Assembly: GCA_043228905.1 (NCBI GenBank)
Contig: JBHGNT010000013.1
Coordinates: 16,492,001-16,556,000 of the forward strand
Source: Azolla caroliniana
Lineage: Eukaryota; Plantae; Polypodiophyta
Direction of reading: 5' to 3'
DNA length: 64,000 nt
Positions 8,721-20,852 of the stretch are shown piece after piece. Every line of letters starts with the position of its first letter. Position 1 is the stretch's first letter. The notes beneath the pieces are model-generated. The model was not told where the DNA came from, made no database searches, and was given only the letters and a program-made list of their open reading frames with translations. The position numbers and the translations under genes were made by a program.

Positions 8721-11700
8721 ATGGCTTCCTCCGCCACCAGTAGCAGGCACCCTCCTGCTCGAATGGTAGAACGACAGCTCCGTAAGGTAAGCCCCTCCCT
8801 TCCTCCCCTCCCTTCCTTTTTATTCCTGTTCCCTTCCTCTGTATCCTTTGTCTGTTCGTTTTCTGTCCTCGCATTGCCCTTCTTGCTTCCCAACGATCTC
8901 TCTCCACGATGTGGATCCGTACATCCCTTCTCCTCTCTCATAAGTGGAAAACCCCCGAAGTACGCAAATTAAATGGTTCGTCTGCATCTCGCAAGTTTTC
9001 CTCCTCCTTTCTGTGTCTGAATCCTTTGTGTGCAAGGTAAGAGAGTCATGGTTTACAAGATCTGGATGTTCTCAGTGTTCGTTTTTTCTTTGAGCACCGA
9101 AATCAGATTTATTCCAGCCATGCCCTTGTTCGAATTTGCATACGTAAATTACATGTTTACTCGAAGTATGTTTTTTTATGAGATCTGACTGCCCCTATCA
9201 CCACATTCAGGCTCACATATTCATTCGAGCCATGCATCTGTTCAAATTTCCACATGAAAATCATATACTCGTTCAAACTTTGCTTTTGTATGAGTTCTTT
9301 CAGTCTTAACTGACTTTTTTTCGCTGTAATACTGGATTCAGATTTACACACTCATCGAAGGTATGGTATTACTTGAATTTCCATATTTAACACACATATT
9401 TAGTCCAACCTTGCTTTTCTTGGCATTCCCCTGATATAACCACAAAAGAAAAGGTCAAGTGCATCCGCTCATTAATCAGACATATAAACATCACTATGGG
9501 AGTTTAGTATTGATTTTCAATAATCTTTCGGCACTTAATTAAAAGGGAAGCATTGTGGATATTTCTAACTGCGAATGCATTGTAACCTATGTATCCTGTT
9601 TTTAGTTTTCGGACACTTACGAACTGTTGTAACTTTTGTTGTAATTTGAAGTAATGTTAAAGAGAAATCTACAAAACTTTAAAGAACAGTTCTAAATATT
9701 TGCTTGCACATGCCCATATGTATCTTAAGAAACTTGTGCATTGTTTGTCGTGGTGGATATAGATTTCAAAGTGTACTTGAAGTGTAAAAATATTATTGGA
9801 TGAATATGAATTTCAAAATGTGTCCAAGATGCACAGCTACTTCTATGTAGTAGTAGTGGCTTATGTATGTGGATGGTGTCTTGTTAGGCAGGAGAGTTGG
9901 AGAAGCTTCTGCTCACTGCTATCCAGGCTAAAGGGCCTTTTGATCAAAATGCTCGGATACTACGTGAGAACATTAGAAAGTTGTACGAGTCCATCTTACT
10001 AGAGAATCATGAGTTTGCTGAAGCACATGAAGTTGAACAATCTCTCTGGAGACTGCATTATACACAAATCGAGGAGTTTAGATCTCGCATCAGAAAGAGT
10101 TTGCCACCTGTTCCCACTGCTAATCTCGCGTCACCATCTTCGACAGGAGGCAAGAATATTGTTAAGAGAGAGACTAATCAAAAGATTCTAGCAGTTTTCC
10201 GGAGTTTCTTGTCCGAGGCAACTGGATTCTATCATGATTTAATTTTGAAAATCAGAGCCAAACATGGTTTGCCTCAGGATGACCTTACTTGCAATGCAGC
10301 TGAAAGTAAAGATGGCACGGTTGATCATGAGAGGGTTCAGGAATTGAAAAGATGTCAGCTTTCATGTCATCGCTGTCTGATATACCTTGGAGACCTTGCT
10401 CGTTACAAAGAGATCCATGGAGATCCCTCTGGTCAAAGAGATGCAAAAAGCCATGATTGGTCAATTGCTGCAGGTTTCTATGTGAAGTCTGCCTCTATAT
10501 GGCCCGCAAGTGGAAACCCTCATAACCAGGTTCTTACTTTTTTCTTTTTTTGTGTTTCTGGAACATTTGTCTCATTTCAATTCCAAAACAGCTGTTTACC
10601 TCCAGGCTTACTGATCTTATTATATTCTAGGACCTATGAGTTTTACAAGTGTTTATGATTTTGTAGTTGGCTGTTATGGCAACATATATTGGAGATGAAC
10701 TGCTTGCTGTCTACCATTACTTCCGCAGTCTTGCAGCGGAATCTCCTTTCTACACTGCAAAAGACAATCTTGTACTTCTTTTTGAAAAGGTAGAAGAACT
10801 AATGTATTGAACTCTCCTCATTTTCTAAGATCTGTGATCTGCAAAAATGTAAATATGTGTTTTTATGCATGCAAAAATTGACCTGTGATTTGTCTTTTTA
10901 GACTGTAGACTAGAGCAGTTATGTCGTTCTTGTTCACAAAACATTATTGATAGGGATGACAATGATGTAACCTTGTGGATGATGAATTTTTGTTAAAATT
11001 TTCTCCCCTGTTTTTAAAATGTGAAATTTGTTAAGATTTTATGAAAAACCACTTGAGTTTGCTGGAACTTCAAATCCTATTACAAATTGCAATCAGGAAT
11101 AGTTAATCTGAAGCATATGCTTGAAGTGTGGGAGGATGCTGTAGAAGAAGATTGCTGAAGCAATGTGCATATGCAAAGTATTAGGATTTTTGCTTATTTT
11201 ACAACTGAGTTGGAAGGTTGCATACTATTTTCTTGAAATTTGTATGTTAATCTTGTGAAAATTTGAAAATGTTATTTGTATGGAAATAAAATTTTCCATC
11301 TGGTATAATAATTTGGAATACGTGAGGTTAGCACTGTGTATCATGAAATTCATGATATATGGCAATATTACTTGTTTACTTTTACTCTCTCAAATATTCT
11401 GGACGTGATGCCTGTACCCCGACCTTTGAATATGTTTGTATATGTAGTTGGCGACCTTACTAATGGCATTCTCACAGTCCCTTTGTATGTTCTTTATGGA
11501 AGCAGAATCGACAAAGTTATTTACGACTGACAGCATCATCCACAGGAAAGCCATCTTCTACTTTACGGAATTCACTTAAAGGTGTGAAGGGGGAGAAAAA
11601 TACATTTTCAGATGAGGGTGCTCTGTCTGATGAACAAAGTGGCCAATCAAGCGTGGTGCCTTCAACAAATGCTGCTGAGGTTTTGAAAACTTTTCGAATT

Positions 11701-11750
11701 CACATTGTGCGGGTGAATGGTATATTATTTACCAGAACCAGGTCTCTCTT

Positions 11751-11799
<49 letters not shown>

Positions 11800-14700
11800 A
11801 GCAAAGTATTTTTAACTGACATTGTGGCATACTAACTTTTCTTAAAAATATCATATATAAATTTATTGCAAAATTTCAATTTATGAATTGTGAAGACACA
11901 TGTTTAATCAGGAAATGAAACGGTTGTTCTCTCTTTTTATCAATTTACAAAAATTTGTAGCAAAAAAGCTTTAAGTATCAGTTCTGAACATAATAAATGG
12001 TTTTTGGTCCTAAGAAAGAAAAGTGAACCAATTTCATATTTGCTAACTAGAGAATCTTACCTTATTGATAGATTCCACTCAAACGTTGTCCACGCCATAA
12101 AGTGAAGGGTCACATTGAATTAATTATATTTTTCCCTATTTTGAAAGATTGGAGTATGAGAGGAGTTTGGTTAAATATGTGGAAACACAACATAATCAGA
12201 AGACGTTTAACTGATTCCTACATATTTAAGGAAAACAAATATCAGGGCAAAAATAAGATATTCTTGACATTATAAAAATGCAACTATGAATGGAATCTTG
12301 AAAGCCTTTTATGGCATTCCTTCCAATTTATGGAATATAATATTAGGGCAGAAGTAAATATTCTTGACATTATAAATACCCATAGAGGTAATTCCAAATC
12401 TATGCTGCATAGGGCAGATTAACTCCTATATGCAATGCAGTTAGAGCAACACTATCAGATTAAACATTCAAGTACCATTCAAGAGTCTCTGTGCTCAATG
12501 TTCTCTATTGAGCTTGTATATGTCATTTGCAGAAAATGCATATATTTATTAATGATAACTGCATAATGAAATTTATCATTGGTTGTAATTGCCCCAAATA
12601 GGTTATCTTTATATAAATTACTTGTCTGGTCTTGATTTGATGTATTTTTTTCTTGCCATTTTGCATATATTGAATAATTGCAGCTTGGAGACATTTCCTG
12701 AAGTTCATTCACGTGTTTTGTCTGGGTTGGAGCAACTACTGAGTTTCAAGAGTAATGATGCAGCAACATTTAGACAGAGTTTGACTGCTGGAGTCTGGGG
12801 AGCAGGACCCAATGTTGTTCTTCAGCTCATCAGCATCCTTATTTTTAGTGTGCACAATGTGAATGTGGGTCCTGATGGTCATCAGCCCACATATGCAGAA
12901 ATGTTGCAACAATCTGTTATCCTGGAACATGCTTTCATTGCGACCTTTGAATATGCAGGGCACCTTTTACAACATTCTATAGATTCAGAAGATGCTTTTG
13001 TCAGCCTGACTTTGCCTGCTGTTCTTGTTGTAATGGAGTGGCTTTCTTCTAGACCTGAGGTGGCAATGGGCAGCGAGGTGAAGGAGAATGAAGGCCAGGC
13101 AAGAATGTTCTTTTGGAAGAAGTGTGTTGACCTTTTAAACCGATTTTTAGATGATGATGGCAGAAAACAAGAACTAAAAGGGGTTCTGCAAAATGATTGT
13201 GATGAGGGAGTGTCACTTTGGGAAGATCATGAATTGCGAGGGTTCACTCCACTGCTTCATATCCAAGAAAAATTAGATTATACCAGAAAACCAAGTGCAG
13301 GCCTTGGTAGTAAAAAAGAAAAGCATGCACGGGTTCAGCGTATAATTCAGGCAGGTAAAGGTATATCAATGACATTCAAAGAAACGGGGAAAGGTATATA
13401 TTATGATGCCCAAATGAACAGGTTTTACCTGCCTGGTGATAAAAAAATAATTGAAAGAAAGCGAGAGGACATTGTCCCCATTGGTATAATATCAGAACCA
13501 TTTATAGAACCTGTCATTGACACAAAAAAGAATCATGTGGCTGGACATCAATCATCTATGAGAACAGTGGGGTCTTTAGGGGAGGATGAAGATGAAGAGG
13601 TTATTGTCTTTAAGCCATCAGTTAAGTTGAAGGGACAAGCTACCAAAAGTGAATTTGATGGTATTGCTGAGAAATATGAGAGTTCAAACGGTCATAAAGA
13701 TTCAAATGTTTTGAGTAAAAAGCCAACTTTGGAGACACCTTCTTTCCTGGCAGGAATCGGAAAACTTTTACCTGATACCTTGCCTTCAGTGGCTTCCTCA
13801 CCACCATTGCCAATTGAAGTTTCCAACCTGCAATCTGTTTCTCCACAACCCGTACCTATTATTAGTGGATCACCTTCACTTCCGCCAGACGTGTCTTCCA
13901 TAGGAACCTTAGATTCCAATCCAGGTTCCAATTTTGGATCAACTGGGCTAGCATTCAGCACATCAGGTGCCATAGACAGTATGTTCAATATCCCAAGAAG
14001 TGGCGGTTATGATAACCACGTTGCAGCAGGGTCATTTGTTGACTGGAGAAGTGGATTGGGTGTCTTTCAAAACCAGCAGCCATGGTCTTCTAGCTCGTCT
14101 AATATCACCTGGCAGTCACAAAATCTACCAGGGAGTCCTTTTTGGAATCCAGATCTCAATAAACTTACTGCAGTCCAGAATGCACCAGGAATCCAGTCAA
14201 ACAGCTTGAATGTACGCCCCATCACACGACCTTCCAGTGTGGATATGTCTACAAATTTGTCTCGAAATATGTTTTCAATTAATGGACAACAAAATATTTT
14301 TGGTGGTATGCCTACTTATCCCATGATGAACAGCTTGCCGGATGGTTCTATCCAGTCAAAATTAGCTTCTCAGGCGTGTAAGCCCATGAAAAAAGACAAT
14401 ATTCCTGGGGCACTGCAAGATCTAAATCTTTCTAGCGTCAATCCCAACTCTATGACTGTTGCAGGGGTTTCTGATAGAGAAAATGCAAGAAAAGCTGCAT
14501 TTCCTTCTGCAGTACGACCACCTCCTGGATTTGGTCCATTACCAGCAAAGCCTAGTACTACCTTGTCATCTACATCAGTGTCTCAGAGCACACAACCTAT
14601 ACAGTCTGGTCAGCCAGGCAATGTGAACATTGATTCTAGGAACTTTTTCTATAATGGAACATCTATGGATGAACAAGTAGATGATTATGGATGGTTGGAT

Positions 14701-15093
14701 GGATATTCTTCACTGAAGAAGGATCCAGGACAAGGTAAGACGACTGGTAGTGCAGGCTATGGACGGTTACCTGGTAATTCTGTCCAGCCATCAAATACAA
14801 TGCCTTCATTTCCAGGCATGAGGCTCACAGACTCCTCAAGTTCCCTTTCCATGTCAACTTCACAGTTACTGGAAGATCCCATGAAGAAACTGCAGATGAA
14901 TGAGCAATACCAACAGGTTTTACAAGACCATCAAAGGCATCAGTTGCAGCAGTTATATAATGCAAGGATATTAGCTCAGTGGACTCAACAGCACCAGCAA
15001 CAACAGCCGCCACCACTACCAGAACAACTACTTCAATTGCAGCGGAAAATATCACCACCAATTCCTCCTGCCCAGCATAATGATGTGTCATGA
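8721..15093 (+). CDS. SMG7: SMG7/EST1-family nonsense-mediated decay (NMD) factor, about 1158 aa
   Basis: Exons 8721-8786, 9888-10529, 10667-10789, 11506-11741 and 12684-15093 have GT-AG boundaries and stay in frame. EST1/14-3-3-like motifs: LRENIRKLYESILLE, EQSLWRLHY, HRCLIYLGDLARYK, WPASGNPHNQLAV, YHYFRSLA, LWEDHELRGF. The low-complexity C-terminus has RPPPGFGP and VDDYGWLDGY. Confidence 0.93.
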
Positions 15094-15130
15094 TTAAAAT
15101 TTATGGGAAGTGAAGCCAAGTTCATTGATG

Positions 15131-15444
15131 GTATGCAAACCACCACGTTAATGCAGCCTTTTTATTTTCAACATAGGTTTAGGCATATAGATTTCATTTC
15201 TTAATGATTATTTTATTAAATTTGGCAGGCAAATTGAAGATTTGATGAAAGATTTGATGTCTGTCTCCTAAGCAAAATATTGGACCTCAGCTTCAAGTTG
15301 TGGAACTTGCTGTACTCTCAATTAAGGTCAAGTTCAAGGGGCATTGAATGAAGGTAAGAGGAGCAAAGCTGATATCTAACCCTTCATGAATGTTATTCAT
15401 AAGATCGATCAATATCATTCTATTTTGAATTGTTATTTGAACAG
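15131..15444 (+). promoter_or_regulatory. Two predicted SMG7 3' UTR introns (15131-15228 and 15354-15444)
   Basis: G/GTATGC...TTTGGCAG and AAG/GTAAGA...TTGAACAG are AT-rich and 98 and 91 nt long. Their junctions would lie about 37 and 162 nt after the stop codon in the spliced mRNA. Confidence 0.6.
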
Positions 15445-17751
15445 AAAAGACAAGAGTGGAATCAAGGGTTTAGGGTTTACCTAAGCCCAATATCTGGGAT
15501 GGTCTATTAAAAGCATTTGGGCAGATAACCTCTGAGTTGAGAGTTGTCTACCACAAATATTTGATATGGGAGAAGATGCAAAAAGGCTGAATTGGATTAA
15601 TTCGTCTGTTTTGACCAAACATCCAGTTTTAAGCATTTCGTTTCCTCCAGCCACTGAACCATTGAAGTTATAGCTGCTGCCGTCTGCCTGTAGTGGTTGA
15701 AATGCAGACACATGACTATCGTTTCAGGATCCCTGTTCATGGTTCAATAATTTTCTTGTGAAGGGCTTGTCATCAGCTTATAACTCAGGGGTTCTCGATC
15801 CAGTGGAAAAGCCTGAAGAAGTTATTGTTTTAATCGAATGGGTATGCCAATATACCGAGTATTGAACTGTTACTAGTATGAAAATAGAATGGAGTAGAAA
15901 AAGACATGAAGCAAAGACTTGTAGCATCTGGCTTATAAAGCACTGAGTTCTTTAACAAAGTACATTGCAATTTAAAAGCTCTGTAATGTTTTAAAACACA
16001 TTTCCCTTTTAGTATCAGAATCCTATTATATAACCTACATAGGAACTGTGGTAGCTTTCTGAATTTATCATCTTATTTCTATTTTACTAATTATATAATT
16101 CTGAAAGACAATGTTGAAATAAGCTATACTTCCTGTTTTATGATAGTTCTGTCACAGAATTCTATGAGAGCATAATCATCCCAAAATATTGAAGGCATTC
16201 ACCAAACTTGGTCTATGAGTGGGATGTACCGTCTTTTTAGCAAACAAATAACGTACATTCAACCAGGTGGATGTTGCAACTCTTACGTGTTAGAATACAA
16301 TGTGCATCCAAATCTCATAGTACGTATAGCAGGTAATGGATGGGATTTTGAATGCTTGGAAGTAAATCAGCTTATTTGATGCTGTCAATTGTGCATCCAA
16401 AGCTACTACACATTTGTTATTTTTGTATGCGTTCCATCCAAATGCAACATGCTCTTTTCTACACTTCAATGCATAGCCAACCTACATTTGTGTCTATGAG
16501 AACTTGTGTGCATGAAGTTGTGAATGTCATGACTCATGACCAAGCACAAGGTTGTACCAATCACAAGGACAATTATCATGATTGGACCAAGCACACCATT
16601 CTTAACTCTTTACAAATGCCGGATATGATTACTTGGTATTGGTCATGACTCAGGAATGGCTTAAGGGCTTGGTTTTGTTTATACTCAATCACCCACATGA
16701 CGCTTAACATGGCAGAAGGTTGAAGTGCACAGGTCATTGTCAAAAGAACTTCTGCCTGATAGTGCAAGTGTTTGTGGCGGTAAAAGCTTGGAAAAGGCTG
16801 AATGAAATACTCATATATGCTACAATATCCAAATTTTGAAATTGAAAATGATTTCAGATTTTACATAAAATTAGTGGTTCTAGATTATAGTTTGACGTAA
16901 ATGGCATGGCATAAAATAACCAAAATCTAGATACAATTATACGAAGGGAGGTGTGTATTAGAAACAGTAGGCCATTCCTAATCTAAACCTTGGATACAAC
17001 CATTAAACTCTGAATACCATATATCAAGATTTCTGTCTGTTACAGGAAGGATTTGCCAGTGAAATAATACAAAAACTGGTATTAATGTATTGGGAATCAA
17101 TCTATACGTGCAGTATCAGCCAAACAATAAATGCATGATGACAAACCACACATTGCAATTTCAGTTAATTCCTTAGGTTAACATGACAAATCCAATACTA
17201 TGAAAAAGAGAGATTCATGGTCCAAAGCTCAATAATCAATCCTTCCAGTCAAAGCTCATAATCAAGCAGTTTCTTCAAATTGGCTGTCAAAATCAAGGCC
17301 ATTCATAATCCACGAAGGCAGACTATGGAGAGGGCAGAGAGGGATTCTGAACAATTGATCCAATACATAAGAATAGCACATTCAGATTTTAAGCTCACAA
17401 AGACGGATGATCCCATAATGACATTCAAAACAAGCATATAAATTCCCAGAAGAGAGGATCCATATTGCTTCCAAATACTTGATCCAATACATAAGAATCA
17501 CATGTTTCCAAATTAAAGTTCCTAAACCCCTGGGAAACTCCATAATGGGATTCAAAGCAAAAGAGAGATGCAACATTGTAGAGGAACAACCTCACGCTAA
17601 CACAGGTGACTGCCTGCCACAGTAATTTTACCCTAAAGTTCTGGTGATCTTGCTTTTTAGAGATAGAGAAAACATATACAAAAGAAACCGACCAATGAAA
17701 AGAAACCACGGAGTATATGGGAAGACTATGAATATGCAGACACCAGACAGC

Positions 17752-18339
17752 CTAGCGAGTAGAGGGTCGATACCGCCTCGTTCCTTCGAATTCCTTCCTC
17801 AGAGGTTTTGGAGGAGGATCAGGTTTGTTAGGATCAGGTTTTTTAAGAGAAAGCACTTCCCGTCCGGAGCTCCCGCGAGTGACCACACGAACAGTCACTT
17901 CCTGGCCTGGTTGGAAAATCTGTCGCAGCTTCTCAAGACCTCCAAGAAACCCTAAATCTTGTGCAGGAAGAAAAGCTTCTTTTCCGGAAGGCATAGTGAC
18001 CCAATACCCGACAGGCATGGCTTTTCTTATAGTAGCTTGAACTGTGCCTGGATCTCCTTGTTTCAGCATCTTCTCCGGGTCGAGATCGACTTCTATGTCG
18101 TCCATGTACGAATTGTTGCTGTTGTGATTTCCGAACCTGCTCTGGATCTCTGCGATGGCGCTGGAGTGGAGAGGGGCTCTGTGGGAAGAGAAGAAGGTAC
18201 TTCTCGTAGACGGAGGGTCTACAGCGAGAGGATAGTTAGGGTTGTTGGAATGAGGGCGATGGCAGAGCTTCTGCGATCGGGCCGTAGCCAGTCGAAGACG
18301 CCAAGGGCTCATTCTGCAGGCAGGCAGGAACCTCTCCAT
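17752..18339 (-). CDS. S1 RNA-binding domain protein with putative organellar transit peptide (195 aa, single coding exon)
   Basis: An R/S-rich, acid-poor N-terminus precedes an S1 (OB-fold) signature: VQATIRKAMPVGYWVTMPSGKEAFLPAQDL...FQPGQEVTVRVV...GREVLSLK. Confidence 0.75.
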   Translation of the reverse strand: MERFLPACRMSPWRLRLATARSQKLCHRPHSNNPNYPLAVDPPSTRSTFFSSHRAPLHSSAIAEIQSRFGNHNSNNSYMDDIEVDLDPEKMLKQGDPGTVQATIRKAMPVGYWVTMPSGKEAFLPAQDLGFLGGLEKLRQIFQPGQEVTVRVVTRGSSGREVLSLKKPDPNKPDPPPKPLRKEFEGTRRYRPSTR

Positions 18340-18737
18340 CTCTGTCTTAGGGCAATCTCGCGGCTCTGTTGGTTTGGTAGGGGTTTAAGGAGAATTAGGA
18401 AATGGGCATGACGTGGATGGGGGGGGGGGGGTTTAAGAGTAGCTGGGAAATGGGCGTGACGTGGATTTGGGGGCGTGGGGGGGGGGGGGGGGGCTTTAAG
18501 AGTAGTTGGGAAATGGGTGGCATCTTCAGATTAGGTTCCGAAATGAGTAGTGGAAATAGCTGTGGTTTAAACCTAGCTCGCCCATTGGCTTTGATTAAGC
18601 CTCGCAATAGCTTATTTTCGACAGGCCTTAGAGAATTTGGTTTGGTGTTTTGTGATGGAGAAGAATTACTGAGCATTCGTCGATCTTCTCTCTCTCTCTC
18701 AAGACACCACCGAGAAGGTTGAGCTCATGTGTATGCT

Positions 18738-18872
18738 TTATTCACACATAGAGACTTTGTGCTTCAATGTATGAATACCCCTTCTTAAGAAGGAGACACA
18801 TATCAAGCACACATGTATACTCTGGTCCCATAGGTCAAATTTGGCCTCTTTATGGGCAATAAAAATTATAAT
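18738..18872 (+). mobile_element. Isolated copy of the 3' tail of the RTE-like LINE at 35.1-36.2 kb
   Basis: TTATTCACACATAGAGAC...GGAGACACATATCAAG...CCCATAGGTCAAA...CAATAAAAA aligns with 36024-36159. Confidence 0.7.
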
Positions 18873-19194
18873 TTTCCGTCAATCATTCTTATGAATCTTT
18901 AGGAAACCTATAGTTTTCATCTCCTAGTATAGGTAGCCCGAAATCAAACATATATTGTTGAGCATAACTTGTCTTGTGGGCCTATTTTAGTCCCCATACA
19001 ATAAATATTATGTCAATTTGGTCCCATCTCTCTCTCTCTCTCTCTCTAAACACACACACACAAAGAACCTTGCAAAGCTAAATTGGATGGGCATGTCCTA
19101 GCATTCAACCAAATTTTACAAATGTTATGACATTTGATGGTATGTCATGTATCCATGAAAGGACATATGAACCACAAATAGGCATAAGATATGT

Positions 19195-19527
19195 AGATAA
19201 TGCCTTGGGAAGGGTTTAGGCAAAACTTGAAGTGGTATTCAGTTATATTTTTCACTTATATCATGGATGTAGATGTTGTGCATCAAAGTCTTCCAGGTTC
19301 ACAATGTAGGTACTTGACAAGCATAACCTTTGCTCTTGTTAGATCCAATTGGAGATAATGCCTTGGGAAGGGTTTAGGCAGAACTTGAAGTGGTATACAA
19401 TTGTATTTTTCACTTATATCATGGATATGAAGCTATACAATATTTCAAATGTTGTGCATCAAAGTCTTCCAGGTTCACAATGTAGGTATCTGACAAGCAT
19501 AACCTTTGCTCTTGTTAGATCCAATTG
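19195..19527. repeat. 158-bp tandem duplication (second copy carries a small insertion)
   Basis: AGATAATGCCTTGGGAAGGGTTTAGGCA at 19195 and 19353. Confidence 0.9.
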
Positions 19528-19619
19528 TAGGTGGATGAATTCAATGACATGGCCATGATTAATCCTTAAGTGGGTGTTTGAGCTATTACTATAAAACACG
19601 AGATGATATTTATATACGG

Positions 19620-19906
19620 CATAGTATGATCCATACGTAACATATGTACATTCGCATTCGTGAATGTTTCAATCATTCTTGTAAGAAAAACACCCTCAAA
19701 GAATGATAAATACCATACTTTTGGATTAACTATTTATTATGAGATAAATAAGCCTAAAAAATGGAAACAAAACAAAGAAAAAACATTGAAAAATGGAAAA
19801 AAAAACCAATAAAAAAACACAAGAATGTTTGAATAACATTTGCATTCGTTTTCCAACGTAGGAAAACGAATGTTATGCTAGACGAACACGAATTTTATGT
19901 ACTATG
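19620..19906. mobile_element. hAT-type MITE, copy 1 (287 bp)
   Basis: Ends CATAGTA...TACTATG. Flanks ATATACGG and ATATAAGG form an 8-bp TSD with 7/8 identity. The element is the reverse complement of 37405-37692. Confidence 0.85.
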
Positions 19907-20658
19907 ATATAAGGGATTAATTTGTTGGCTAAGTACACAATATAGCTTGATTTTCATGTGCTTTGATTGGCTTATGATTAAGTTCAGCTTTAGTTTACTC
20001 ACAAGGTAGAATAATAGATAAACAAACAAATCAAAGAACAATCATTAAAGATGGCCAAGAAACAATTCACTTTACATAAATTTCCCATTTTTACTATAAG
20101 CTTTGTGAGGTTACAAACGCCTTCGACAAGATGAAGTTTCCAAAAACTTAGCATGATCATTTCTTAATGCATATACTCCACAATACTATTATGATTATTT
20201 GCAGCAATATTGCAACAACTCTGGTATATTTAGAACACTAAATTATATAAAATGCAGCTCGAGATATCTACAACCACCTCAGTATGTTACAACAATGAGA
20301 ATTCACCTAAAATAAATGGGCCAATTTATTGAACAAGACATAATTACTGCTAATGCAAACAGCAAAGGTTAAGTCGTGTTCACACAAAAATCCTTACCAC
20401 AGATACAAGGATGAAGGCCTTGTTGGCTTAGGCTAACAATTGCAAACTTTCACAGTAAAATTTCTAAAGAGGAGCATGGACCAACCCAGGATTTTCCCAT
20501 TTTAGTTATGGAGAAATCCATGAGCCCATATTAAATGATCGACTCGGTAACTTTTCTGAGACATCAATTCAATTTTCCTCAATTTCATTTCATGAATATA
20601 AGGGTAGTACTATACAGATGTACACACATACAAAACTTTGGCATTAAAAAGAGTGTTT

Positions 20659-20801
20659 TCATTCTGCCTCTCCTAGAAGAGCATCCATTTCATCCATCTC
20701 CTCATCATGCTCTGCACCTTTGATTGTCTCACTGGCACTTTCTTGGTTTAGAAATGCTAAAGCCTCTTCTTCAGACACATCACTGAAAATCCAAATCAGG
20801 A

Positions 20802-20852
<51 letters not shown>

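Noticed and set aside
12589-12683. N-terminal extension of the 834-aa ORF (likewise 32784-32843 for ELC and 43897-43950 for SIP)
   Set aside because: These are in-frame intron or UTR sequence before the true acceptor or ATG; the ORF track uses non-ATG starts.
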